Assembly (NCBI GenBank): GCA_964614955.1
Contig: CAZTNR010000001.1
Location: 1 to 60,080, forward strand
Source: an uncultured Oscillospiraceae bacterium
GTDB taxonomy: Bacteria; Bacillota; Clostridia; Oscillospirales; CAG-382
Direction of reading: 5' to 3'
DNA length: 60,080 bases
Each line of letters starts with the position of its first letter. Positions within the stretch are counted from its first letter, which is position 1. Of this stretch, positions 52,285 through 60,080 are shown piece after piece. A model generated the notes under the pieces. The model was not told the DNA's origin. It saw nothing but the letters and a program-made list of their open reading frames with translations, and did no database searches. A program made the position numbers and the translations under genes.

Positions 52285-53823
52285 TTAACAAAAATAAATC
52301 TCATACCAGAGTAAAAATGTATATAACACATATACCTTTCTCCAGTTGTCGGAATTTCCGCCTATGTATTCGTCGAAAATTGCTTTGATTTCGTCTACGT
52401 TGAAGAATTTCTCTGCAATGGGACTGTCAAATAGACGGCGGACATCACTATTGTATTTTTCATCAGCCATCCACATTCTTATGGGAACGACAAAGCCCAG
52501 CTTTTTGCGGTATGCAATTTCCTCGGGAAGCACGTTCAAAGCGGCTTTTCTGAGTGCAAGCTTGTTGTGCTCATCCTCGGAATTTACCTTGTACTTTGAC
52601 GGCATACGTGAAGCTATGTCGAAAATCCGAAGATCCGTAAGAGGCATACGTACCTCAAGCCCTGCCGCCTTTGACATCTTGTCAACATTGAGGTAAATGT
52701 CGCCTTCAAGCCATACCTGAATGTCAATATCGCTCATTTTGGAAAGAGGATCAAGACCTTCATTTTCTTCGTAGAGAGGCTTTACAAGGTCAATGGGAAG
52801 AAAATCGGGATTGTAGTTTTTGAGAATTTTTTGCTTTTCTTCCTCCTTCATTATGTTTGTGTTTCCGACATAGAAGGTCTTTAAGTTGTCACCGTAACGC
52901 TCGGCGTTTCTGTACATATTGTAACCGCCGAAGAATTCATCGGCACCCTCACCGCTGTAGCAAAGCTTTGTATTCTTTGCAGTAGCCTTGCAGCCGAGAG
53001 CAAATGCAACGGCAGAAGCGTCCCCCAAGGGCTGTTCCATATTCTCCATTACATACCTTACGGCACCGAAATAGTCTTCGGGCTCGACAAGACATCTGTT
53101 GAACTTCCTACCTAAAAGCTCAGCTGTTTTAACGGCGATTCTTGATTCGTCAAGACGCTCGTCGTTGTATCCCACACTGTTGCACTCCTTTGCATCTGAC
53201 ATCGCCAGAACATACGATGAATCAACACCGCCCGAAAGAAAACTTTCTACATATTCGTCCTCATCCTTGACTTCTTTCATGACAAGCTTTACAGTTTCGT
53301 GAAGTTCACTTGCCCATTCTTCGAGAGTCTTTGAGTTGTCGGGTTTAAAGGTCGGCTTCCAATAACGTACAATCTCTTTTTCGCCTCTGCACCATGTCAT
53401 ATAACGACCGGGCATAAGTTTCATAACACCTTCAAAGAAGGTTTCCTCACCTGTGGTGTAGGTCATGGTAAGATAGATTCCGAGCATCTTTTCGTTAAGG
53501 ACTTTTACAAAACCGTCTTTACTCATAATGTCTCTTATCTGACTGCCGAAAAGTAGTTTTCCGTCGGCTGTTTCGTAGTAGTACATGGGAACTGTACCGA
53601 ACTGGTCGCGGAAAAGAATGTATGTGTCCTTTTCCGAATCGTAAAGTACAAAGGCAAACATTCCGTAGATGTGACTCGGCAGGGAATAACCCCACTTTTC
53701 ATAGCTTTTGATAATGATTTCGTTTTCTCTTTCTTTGCGTGAAAGACCACTCTGTATACAAAGTTCACTGCAAAGAGCCTTGTGATTCCTTATGTGACCG
53801 CTGTATGTTTTTATTTCTACCAT
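52285..53823 (-). CDS. asnB: Asparagine synthetase B-like protein lacking the N-terminal Cys nucleophile segment
   Basis: SFLSGGVDSSYV PP-loop and GMFAFVLYD...FRDQFGTVPMYYY Ntn-domain remnants. The ORF starts at MVEIKTY with no MCG. Confidence 0.75.
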   Translation of the reverse strand: MVEIKTYSGHIRNHKALCSELCIQSGLSRKERENEIIIKSYEKWGYSLPSHIYGMFAFVLYDSEKDTYILFRDQFGTVPMYYYETADGKLLFGSQIRDIMSKDGFVKVLNEKMLGIYLTMTYTTGEETFFEGVMKLMPGRYMTWCRGEKEIVRYWKPTFKPDNSKTLEEWASELHETVKLVMKEVKDEDEYVESFLSGGVDSSYVLAMSDAKECNSVGYNDERLDESRIAVKTAELLGRKFNRCLVEPEDYFGAVRYVMENMEQPLGDASAVAFALGCKATAKNTKLCYSGEGADEFFGGYNMYRNAERYGDNLKTFYVGNTNIMKEEEKQKILKNYNPDFLPIDLVKPLYEENEGLDPLSKMSDIDIQVWLEGDIYLNVDKMSKAAGLEVRMPLTDLRIFDIASRMPSKYKVNSEDEHNKLALRKAALNVLPEEIAYRKKLGFVVPIRMWMADEKYNSDVRRLFDSPIAEKFFNVDEIKAIFDEYIGGNSDNWRKVYVLYTFLLWYEIYFC

Positions 53824-53895
53824 TGTTATTCACCCTTTTTGTGTAGAATAAATTCCAAGAGCATTATATCATATAATAATGAGTTTGTCAAAAGA

Positions 53896-53918
53896 AAAGA
53901 CCGCTAAATGCGGTCTTT
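53896..53918 (-). terminator. Intrinsic terminator after the GH38 gene
   Basis: aaagaccgc/gcggtcttt stem. On the minus strand it is followed by tcttttg. Confidence 0.7.
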
Positions 53919-53927
53919 TTCTGTAAA

Positions 53928-56426
53928 TTATTTGTCGAGCAAACCTTCAAGTAAATCTGTTTCGCAAAGTCCCTTGTCTGTGGCTCTTAAAGTCTTGATT
54001 TCGTACATACCGAAATCAACCTTCATACTCTTGCCCATGAAAGTTACTTCACAGCTCTGCTTGTCGCCTGTGGGATTGAAGAGTCTTATAATGTATCCTT
54101 CACCGACTTCAGCCGCCTTGAATGTTGTGCATTCAATAATGTCATTGCCTGAAACCGAGAGGGGAGATACCGGCTTTTCACCGACGCCTGTGGGGTAGAA
54201 GGAGTAAACCATAGGCTGCATATTGAAGTGCCTTGCACTTCTTCCCGCACCGTCAAGGATTTCCTTTTCGGAGCCAATGTCAAACTTGAAGGAGAAGTCA
54301 CGCTCACCCTGTTCGATGTAGGGTGTGTATCTGTCCTGAGGCATAACCTTTCTGTCGCCGTCGGCAGTTCTTATGGGGTGTGCACAGTAGGATGCACTTC
54401 TGAGAAGCGTTATGTTGAGCACGCCTTCATTTTGATCAAAGCTTGAGCCGTAAACGCCGTTGTTAATAGCTAAAAGTCCCTTGCCGTCACCTGTCAAAGC
54501 GATGTATTTCTGTGATACGTTTTCGAGTAAATCCTCTTTGAGCTTTTCTCTGCCGTAAGCCTGTTCGCCGATGTTGACCTTGGCAAATGAGGAAGGAATT
54601 GCCATCTTTATCATCTTCTGCTTTTCTACCCATACTACTCTTACGTCAACCTTCAAGCCGTCCTTCTTTGAAAGGTAGTACTTTACAACAGCCCTTGAAC
54701 CTTCGTAGCAGAACACTGCTTCAATTACAGTTCTTACATCACCGCTTTCGATTACGTGAACAGCAGGTATAGGGTTGTCAATACAGCAGAATTCTTTTGT
54801 TTCTTCGGGAGTTGCAAGACGGAAGGAGCCGATTTTGTTCTTGAAGGAGTAGACCATCATACCCCAGGGGTCGTGGTCATCCTGATATACGTCAAGACTG
54901 AATGCACCGTTTTTTACGTAGTTTTCGCCGTTCTTTGCATACGTGTCAACAAGACCTGTGGATTTGTTGATTTCTATATGTAATTCGCCGTTGTCAAACA
55001 CAAAATGAGTAGCATTTTCATCGCAAACAGCTTTGGGCTTTGCGGGAATTGTGTCAAATGCACAGTCAAAACGGTTGAGACTCATAGGTTCAAGTGTCGC
55101 ATTGAAAACAACTCTTTTTCTCCATTCAAGGGGAATGGTGCTGTTTTCCTTTTCACACTGAGAGGGAACAATGTTTCCGTTCTTGTCGAGCAATCTCGGC
55201 TGTAAGAATTCAACATTCCAGTTCTGATCCCACAGCATAAATTCGCAGCACATATCTGTATTTATGGGGTACGGATAAGGATTGTATGCAAAGAAGGGAA
55301 TCTTGTCGCTGTCTGCATTTTTCTGACCGGAAGCCAGCGCAAAGAAAGCGCGAGCCTTGATTCTTGAGAGAATCTCTAAAGCGTGGTCGAGCATTCTGAG
55401 TGCCATTTCTTCAACCGGCTGAATGGAGGAGCCGGGAATGGAGTCGTGGAACTGAACCGTGAGAATGTCGTAGAGTGCTTCGGCAAATTCACCTGTGGGA
55501 TACTTCATAAGACCGTTGAGTGATGCTTGCGAAGCCATAATTTCAGCAAGGTTGAATATGTTTTCAGCCTGTCTGTATCTCTGCTTGATACGAACCTGGC
55601 TTGTGTAGCAGCCTACTGCCCAGGGAACAAGACTTGTGTCAACCACGGGAAGCCTGTCACGGTGTTCCTTGTTTACAAGTGCTATGTAATCGTCAGCTGT
55701 GGAGTGGATAAGCTCCACGCCTTTGTCAGCAACCTCAGCAGAAAGTGCCTCAATGTCGTCTAAATCCTTTTTGGAGGGCCCGCCGCCGTGATTTCCGATG
55801 CCCCAAAGACAAAGGAAGAAATCGTCCTCCCTGCATCTGTCAATGTAGCCGCGGATTTTAACAGCCGCCTGACCTTTGGGTGAGTTGTAGCCGCCGAGAA
55901 TTCTGACTGCAGTCACTTCAGAGCCGTCGTAACCCTGCCAGATAAATTCGTCGGAATCAAGATGCATATGCTCTTCGCTGGGACGCATAAACAGATAACC
56001 CTCGTAGCCGGTTTTTTTCATAATCTGAACTAAACCTCTTGTGTGACCGAAAGGGTCAAAGTTTATGGCAACTGTGGGAACCTTGCCGAACTTTTCGAGG
56101 AAGTATTTTCTGCCTTCCATAATCTGTCTTACGAAAAATTCTCCTGAGGGAAGATTGCAGTCGGGCTGTAAATGCCAGCCGCCCATAATGTTCCATTTTC
56201 CCTCTTTTACAAGTCTTTGGATACGTTCAAATAAGGGCATATCATATTCTTCAATCCATCTGTATAACAGTGCTTCGTTGTGACAGAATACAAATTTGTC
56301 GTATTCTTCGCAGAAGTCTGCCGCAATTCTGAATGTGGAGAGTGCTTCTGCAGCACCTTCCTCCCATTCCCACTGCCAGACGGGGTCGAGATGAGCATTA
56401 CATATTAAATGAAGCTTTTTAGCCAT
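53928..56426 (-). CDS. Glycoside hydrolase family 38 alpha-mannosidase
   Basis: 832 aa. N-terminal LICNAHLDPVWQWEWEEG and WGIGNHGGGP. Confidence 0.85.
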   Translation of the reverse strand: MAKKLHLICNAHLDPVWQWEWEEGAAEALSTFRIAADFCEEYDKFVFCHNEALLYRWIEEYDMPLFERIQRLVKEGKWNIMGGWHLQPDCNLPSGEFFVRQIMEGRKYFLEKFGKVPTVAINFDPFGHTRGLVQIMKKTGYEGYLFMRPSEEHMHLDSDEFIWQGYDGSEVTAVRILGGYNSPKGQAAVKIRGYIDRCREDDFFLCLWGIGNHGGGPSKKDLDDIEALSAEVADKGVELIHSTADDYIALVNKEHRDRLPVVDTSLVPWAVGCYTSQVRIKQRYRQAENIFNLAEIMASQASLNGLMKYPTGEFAEALYDILTVQFHDSIPGSSIQPVEEMALRMLDHALEILSRIKARAFFALASGQKNADSDKIPFFAYNPYPYPINTDMCCEFMLWDQNWNVEFLQPRLLDKNGNIVPSQCEKENSTIPLEWRKRVVFNATLEPMSLNRFDCAFDTIPAKPKAVCDENATHFVFDNGELHIEINKSTGLVDTYAKNGENYVKNGAFSLDVYQDDHDPWGMMVYSFKNKIGSFRLATPEETKEFCCIDNPIPAVHVIESGDVRTVIEAVFCYEGSRAVVKYYLSKKDGLKVDVRVVWVEKQKMIKMAIPSSFAKVNIGEQAYGREKLKEDLLENVSQKYIALTGDGKGLLAINNGVYGSSFDQNEGVLNITLLRSASYCAHPIRTADGDRKVMPQDRYTPYIEQGERDFSFKFDIGSEKEILDGAGRSARHFNMQPMVYSFYPTGVGEKPVSPLSVSGNDIIECTTFKAAEVGEGYIIRLFNPTGDKQSCEVTFMGKSMKVDFGMYEIKTLRATDKGLCETDLLEGLLDK

Positions 56427-56528
56427 TGTTTTGCCTCCTCGGAGATTTTTGTTTGCACGTAAATTTTATCATATTTGGAAACAAGTGTCAAGTAAAAAAC
56501 ACGGCGTTTGCCGTGTTTGTCAAGAAGA

Positions 56529-56729
56529 CTATATATGATACTCGTAGAATAAATCGTTGGGAGTACATTCCAAAATGTCGCAAAGTGACTTGAGATTTTC
56601 GAATTTGATGGATTTTGTTTCGTTGTTAACCAATCTGTTGAAATTCTGATAACTAAGACCGAGCTGAATGTATAGCCAGTATTTTGTTTTCTCTTTTTCT
56701 TTAAGAATGTCAAGTATGCGTAATTTCAT
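56529..56729 (-). CDS. XRE-family HTH transcriptional regulator
   Basis: MKLRILDILKEKEKTKYWLYIQLGLSYQNFNRLVNNET. RBS gaggagg. Confidence 0.75.
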   Translation of the reverse strand: MKLRILDILKEKEKTKYWLYIQLGLSYQNFNRLVNNETKSIKFENLKSLCDILECTPNDLFYEYHI

Positions 56730-56855
56730 GTTTGCCTCCTCAATTACATAATGTGTACATATCATATGTACGCATACATTTTATATGAAATTTTCACTTG
56801 ACAAATAGACGTATACATTATATAATGTATACATAAGATAAAAGGAGATGGTTTT

Positions 56856-58952
56856 ATGAAGAAGAAATTTGGATTTTTAATTGTAATGCTGTTTGTGGCA
56901 TTGTTTTTGACAGTTTGTGTGGGGGCGAAAGTAGTTAATGTTTCGGACAACAAGTCAACCGTAACAGCACCGACCATTGAGTTTGGAGACAGAATTTCAA
57001 TTGGAGATACTTTGAATGGTAGCAGATATTATAAATTTTCAATTGAGAGTAACGGTATTTTAACTGTTAATGCAACAAAAAAATGTGAACAAGGTGAAGA
57101 ACATGGATCATTGGGCAACATTTACTGTTATGTTATTGATGATTTAGAAAACACACTTGGCAAAATTATATTATACCATGGTAAGGCATATCACAATATT
57201 GTTTATGATGTTGAGCTGTCACCCGGTATATACTATTTACGTTTTTATCATAGTGGTAATACTGTATCATGTGCACGAATACAGGCAGAGCTTTCCTTCG
57301 AATGTTCCCACCTCGACGTTGAAGAAAACATTGTACGCGAAGCAACCTGCAGCAAAGAGGGGTACATAGAGGAAATCTGTGTCGAATGCAAAGAAGTAGC
57401 AGACGAATACGAAACCGACAAACTCGATCACACACCCGATGCTGAATGGACAATAATCAAGGAAACATCCTGTAAAGAAGCCGGTGAAAGAGTAAAATAC
57501 TGTACAGTATGTAAAGAAGAAGCTGAAAGCGAAGAAATAAAAAAACTTCCGCACGAATGGGGCGACTGGACAATAATAAAAGAGACAAGCTGTGCCAAGG
57601 ATGGCGAAAAAGCAAGAACCTGTAAGGCGTGCGGAGATGTTGACAAAGAAACCATTGACAGCCTTGAACATACATGGAGTAAGTGGGAAGTGCTTTCCGA
57701 GGCTTCTTGTGAACAAGAAGGTCTGAGAACTCATACCTGTTCTGTTTGCAGTAAAGAAGAAAGAGAAGCAATAGAAAAAGAAGACCACCGTTTTGAAAGC
57801 TGGAAGACAACAAAGGACGCATCAGAATCAAGTACGGGTAAAAAAGAAAGAACCTGTAAAGATTGTGATTATACCGAGGAAGAAACAATTCCAAAGCTTG
57901 TTTGCGGCAATGAATATGAATGGGTGACAACCACAAAGGCAACCTGCACGTCAAACGGAACAAAAACGAAAGTGTGCGACTATTGCGGAAAAACACTCTC
58001 TACTCAGACAATCTATTCCGAAGGTCATGAATGGGGAAGCTGGAAAGTCACAAAAATACCCACCGAGACAAGTAATGGATTACAGAAAAGAGAATGCGAA
58101 ATCTGCGGTAAAACCGAGGAAAAGACGGTTACTCTTACTCACGGCGACTACGGCGAATGGAAAGTGACAAAAGAAGCTACCTGTAAAGAGTCGGGTAAAA
58201 AAGAATTTGTTTGCTACTGCTGTAATAAAACAACCAAAACACAAACCATTTCAAAGATAGAGCACAGCTACGGGGAGTGGGTAGATGAAAAGACTGCCGC
58301 ACCCGATAAAGATGGCTTGCAGACATCAACGTGTAAATACTGCGACGATAAGAAATCAAAGGTCGTGGAATATGACTTTGAAGGGTTAAAGAAAGAAAAA
58401 AGAAAAGCACATAGCTTTTTGGATGTAAAACCAAATTCTTGGTATAATGATGTAGTCGGTAACTGCTATCACTACGGACTTATGGTGGGAAATTCGGCAA
58501 CAACATTTAACCCGGGTGGAGAAATTACAAGAGCCGAGGTTATAACAAGCGCTGTTCGTATATATTGCCTGAATAATCCCGAAGCCGCGAAGCCGGTGAC
58601 AAATACATCGCCTTGGTATAAGGGCTATGTAGATTATGCCATTGAAATGGGTATAATTAAATTCGATGATCTTTCTGATTATACTGTCCCTGCAACAAGA
58701 GCCGAAATGGCGTATATCTTTGCCAATGCGGTGGGAGAAAAGAATCTCGAAAAGATAAATGATGTAACATCAATTCCCGATGTTAAGACGGAAGATAAAT
58801 ATGCAAAAGAAATCTTTTCACTATATAATGCAGGCGTTCTTACCGGTAGCGATGATAAGGGAACATTCAACCCCGATAAAAATATCGTGAGAAGTGAGTC
58901 CGCTGCAATTATCGCGAGAATATCAAGAATCAGCGACAGAGTTAAAAAGTAA
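56856..58952 (+). CDS. Secreted cell-surface protein: N-terminal domain, ~9 Cys-rich repeats, C-terminal SLH domains
   Basis: Signal peptide MKKKFGFLIVMLFVALFLTVCVGA. The repeat unit is H.W..W.....SC...G.....C..C. SLH-like sequence FLDVKPNSWYNDVV ... FNPGGEITRAEV ... FNPDKNIVRSESAAIIARI. Confidence 0.8.
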   Translation: MKKKFGFLIVMLFVALFLTVCVGAKVVNVSDNKSTVTAPTIEFGDRISIGDTLNGSRYYKFSIESNGILTVNATKKCEQGEEHGSLGNIYCYVIDDLENTLGKIILYHGKAYHNIVYDVELSPGIYYLRFYHSGNTVSCARIQAELSFECSHLDVEENIVREATCSKEGYIEEICVECKEVADEYETDKLDHTPDAEWTIIKETSCKEAGERVKYCTVCKEEAESEEIKKLPHEWGDWTIIKETSCAKDGEKARTCKACGDVDKETIDSLEHTWSKWEVLSEASCEQEGLRTHTCSVCSKEEREAIEKEDHRFESWKTTKDASESSTGKKERTCKDCDYTEEETIPKLVCGNEYEWVTTTKATCTSNGTKTKVCDYCGKTLSTQTIYSEGHEWGSWKVTKIPTETSNGLQKRECEICGKTEEKTVTLTHGDYGEWKVTKEATCKESGKKEFVCYCCNKTTKTQTISKIEHSYGEWVDEKTAAPDKDGLQTSTCKYCDDKKSKVVEYDFEGLKKEKRKAHSFLDVKPNSWYNDVVGNCYHYGLMVGNSATTFNPGGEITRAEVITSAVRIYCLNNPEAAKPVTNTSPWYKGYVDYAIEMGIIKFDDLSDYTVPATRAEMAYIFANAVGEKNLEKINDVTSIPDVKTEDKYAKEIFSLYNAGVLTGSDDKGTFNPDKNIVRSESAAIIARISRISDRVKK

Positions 58953-58962
58953 ATAGAAACAA

Positions 58963-58993
58963 AATTCCCCGATGTCGTTGACATCGGGGAATT
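58963..58993. terminator. Hairpin between convergent genes (bidirectional terminator candidate)
   Basis: 13-bp stem aattccccgatgt/acatcggggaatt. Confidence 0.65.
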
Positions 58994-59015
58994 GTCATAT
59001 TCTATTGTAAATCAA

Positions 59016-60080
59016 TTATGCACGAAGATTAGCTTCAAGAGTAGCAAGCTCGTCGAGAAGTTCCTTCGGCATTGTATCGCCGATCTTAGCATAGAATGCC
59101 TTGATGGAATCGAGGTCTTCAATCCAGCTAGCCTTGTCAACGCTAAGGAGTTCCTTCATTACTTCGGGAGCAATGTCAAGACCTTCAACGTCGATGTCTT
59201 CGGGCTTGGGAAGGTAACCGATTTCACATTCAACAGCGTCAACCTTGCCTTCGCATCTTGCAAGGATCCAGAGGAGAACTCTGAGGTTGTCACCGAAGCC
59301 GGGCCAGATGAATTCGCCTTCAGCGTTTGTTCTGAACCAGTTAACGTGGAAAATCTTGGGAGCGTTTTCTGCCTTTAAGCCCATAGAGAGCCAGTGAGCG
59401 AAGTATTCACCCATATTGTATCCGCAGAAGGGAAGCATAGCCATGGGGTCACGACGAACAACGCCGAGAGCACCTGCAGCTGCAGCAGTTGTTTCGGAAG
59501 CCATAATTGAGCCAACGAATGTACCGTGCTGCCAGTTTCTGGACTGGTAAACGAGGGGTGCAGTTTTTGCACGTCTGCCGCCGAAGATGATAGCAGAGAG
59601 GGGTACACCTGTTGTGGAGTTGAATTCAGAAGAAATGCAAGGACAGTTCTGAGCAAGAGCAGTAAATCTTGAGTTGGGGTGAGCACCGCTTGTTTCAAGC
59701 TTTCTTGTCTTGTCGTATGTCTTGTAATCCCACTTGTTGCCTCTCCAGTCAATAGCGTTAACGGGAGGATTGTTGTCGAGACCTTCCCACCAAACTGTGT
59801 TGTCGTCAAGATTGTGAACAACGTTTGTGAAGATTGTGTCTCTCATTGTTGTATGAAGAGCATTGGGGTTTGACTTTTCGTTGGTACCGGGAGCAACGCC
59901 GAAGAAACCGTTTTCAGGGTTAACAGCGTAGAGTCTGCCGTCCTTGCCGACTCTGATCCAAGCAATATCGTCACCTACGCACCATACCTTGTAGCCCTTC
60001 TTCTGGAGGAATTCCGGAGGAATGAGCATGGCAAGGTTTGTCTTACCGCAAGCAGAGGGGAATGCAGCTGCAACGTACTT
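59016..60080 (-). CDS. pck: Phosphoenolpyruvate carboxykinase (GTP), C-terminal part; the 5' end lies beyond the window
   Basis: FPSACGKTNLAML kinase-1a loop at the window edge, and WCVGDDIAWI, FFGVAPGTN. Confidence 0.9.
   Translation of the reverse strand, partial: KYVAAAFPSACGKTNLAMLIPPEFLQKKGYKVWCVGDDIAWIRVGKDGRLYAVNPENGFFGVAPGTNEKSNPNALHTTMRDTIFTNVVHNLDDNTVWWEGLDNNPPVNAIDWRGNKWDYKTYDKTRKLETSGAHPNSRFTALAQNCPCISSEFNSTTGVPLSAIIFGGRRAKTAPLVYQSRNWQHGTFVGSIMASETTAAAAGALGVVRRDPMAMLPFCGYNMGEYFAHWLSMGLKAENAPKIFHVNWFRTNAEGEFIWPGFGDNLRVLLWILARCEGKVDAVECEIGYLPKPEDIDVEGLDIAPEVMKELLSVDKASWIEDLDSIKAFYAKIGDTMPKELLDELATLEANLRA

Overview
The window is mostly one ~50.6-kb temperate prophage (166-50792). 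It sits in the 3' end of a tRNA-Pro(UGG) gene, with a 23-bp att core duplicated at 166-188 and 50770-50792. The host looks like a Firmicutes/Clostridia-type chromosome; this is a tentative inference from AGGAGG-type RBSs, an SLH-domain surface protein, GTP-dependent PEPCK and a GH38 mannosidase. Prophage layout, left to right: (1) A minus-strand lysogeny operon: tyrosine integrase, a GNAT-like protein translationally coupled to a 58-aa ORF, a membrane Cys-rich protein, an ImmA-like metalloprotease and an XRE repressor. (2) A plus-strand early module: Cro-like and excisionase-like HTH proteins, a membrane LysM protein, RecT plus a PD-(D/E)XK exonuclease, two HNH-type nucleases, SSB, RusA, and a replisome organiser carrying iteron-like repeats. 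(3) A reverse-oriented small-gene island just before the packaging genes. It contains two consensus promoter / ~80-nt transcript / terminator units and an RHH regulator with duplicated operators. (4) TerS, TerL, portal, scaffold, capsid, tail-fibre and lysis genes. I see no tape-measure, tube or sheath genes. (5) After the lysis cassette and a strong terminator, a 537-aa ORF followed by one uninterrupted 12,447-nt ORF (4148 aa, about a quarter of the phage). It reads as a mosaic polyvalent protein with two ART-like domains, two tandem HExxH zincin domains, Gly-rich hydrophobic segments and a C-terminal membrane module. (6) A small cassette with two paralogous HTH genes next to attR. A modular palindromic repeat element occurs four times in phage intergenic positions. 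Host genes to the right are tRNA-Pro, a 405-aa hypothetical, an N-terminally short AsnB-like protein, a GH38 alpha-mannosidase, an XRE regulator, a Cys-repeat/SLH surface protein and a partial GTP-PEPCK. All functional calls rest on motifs read by eye from the translations. No database search was possible.
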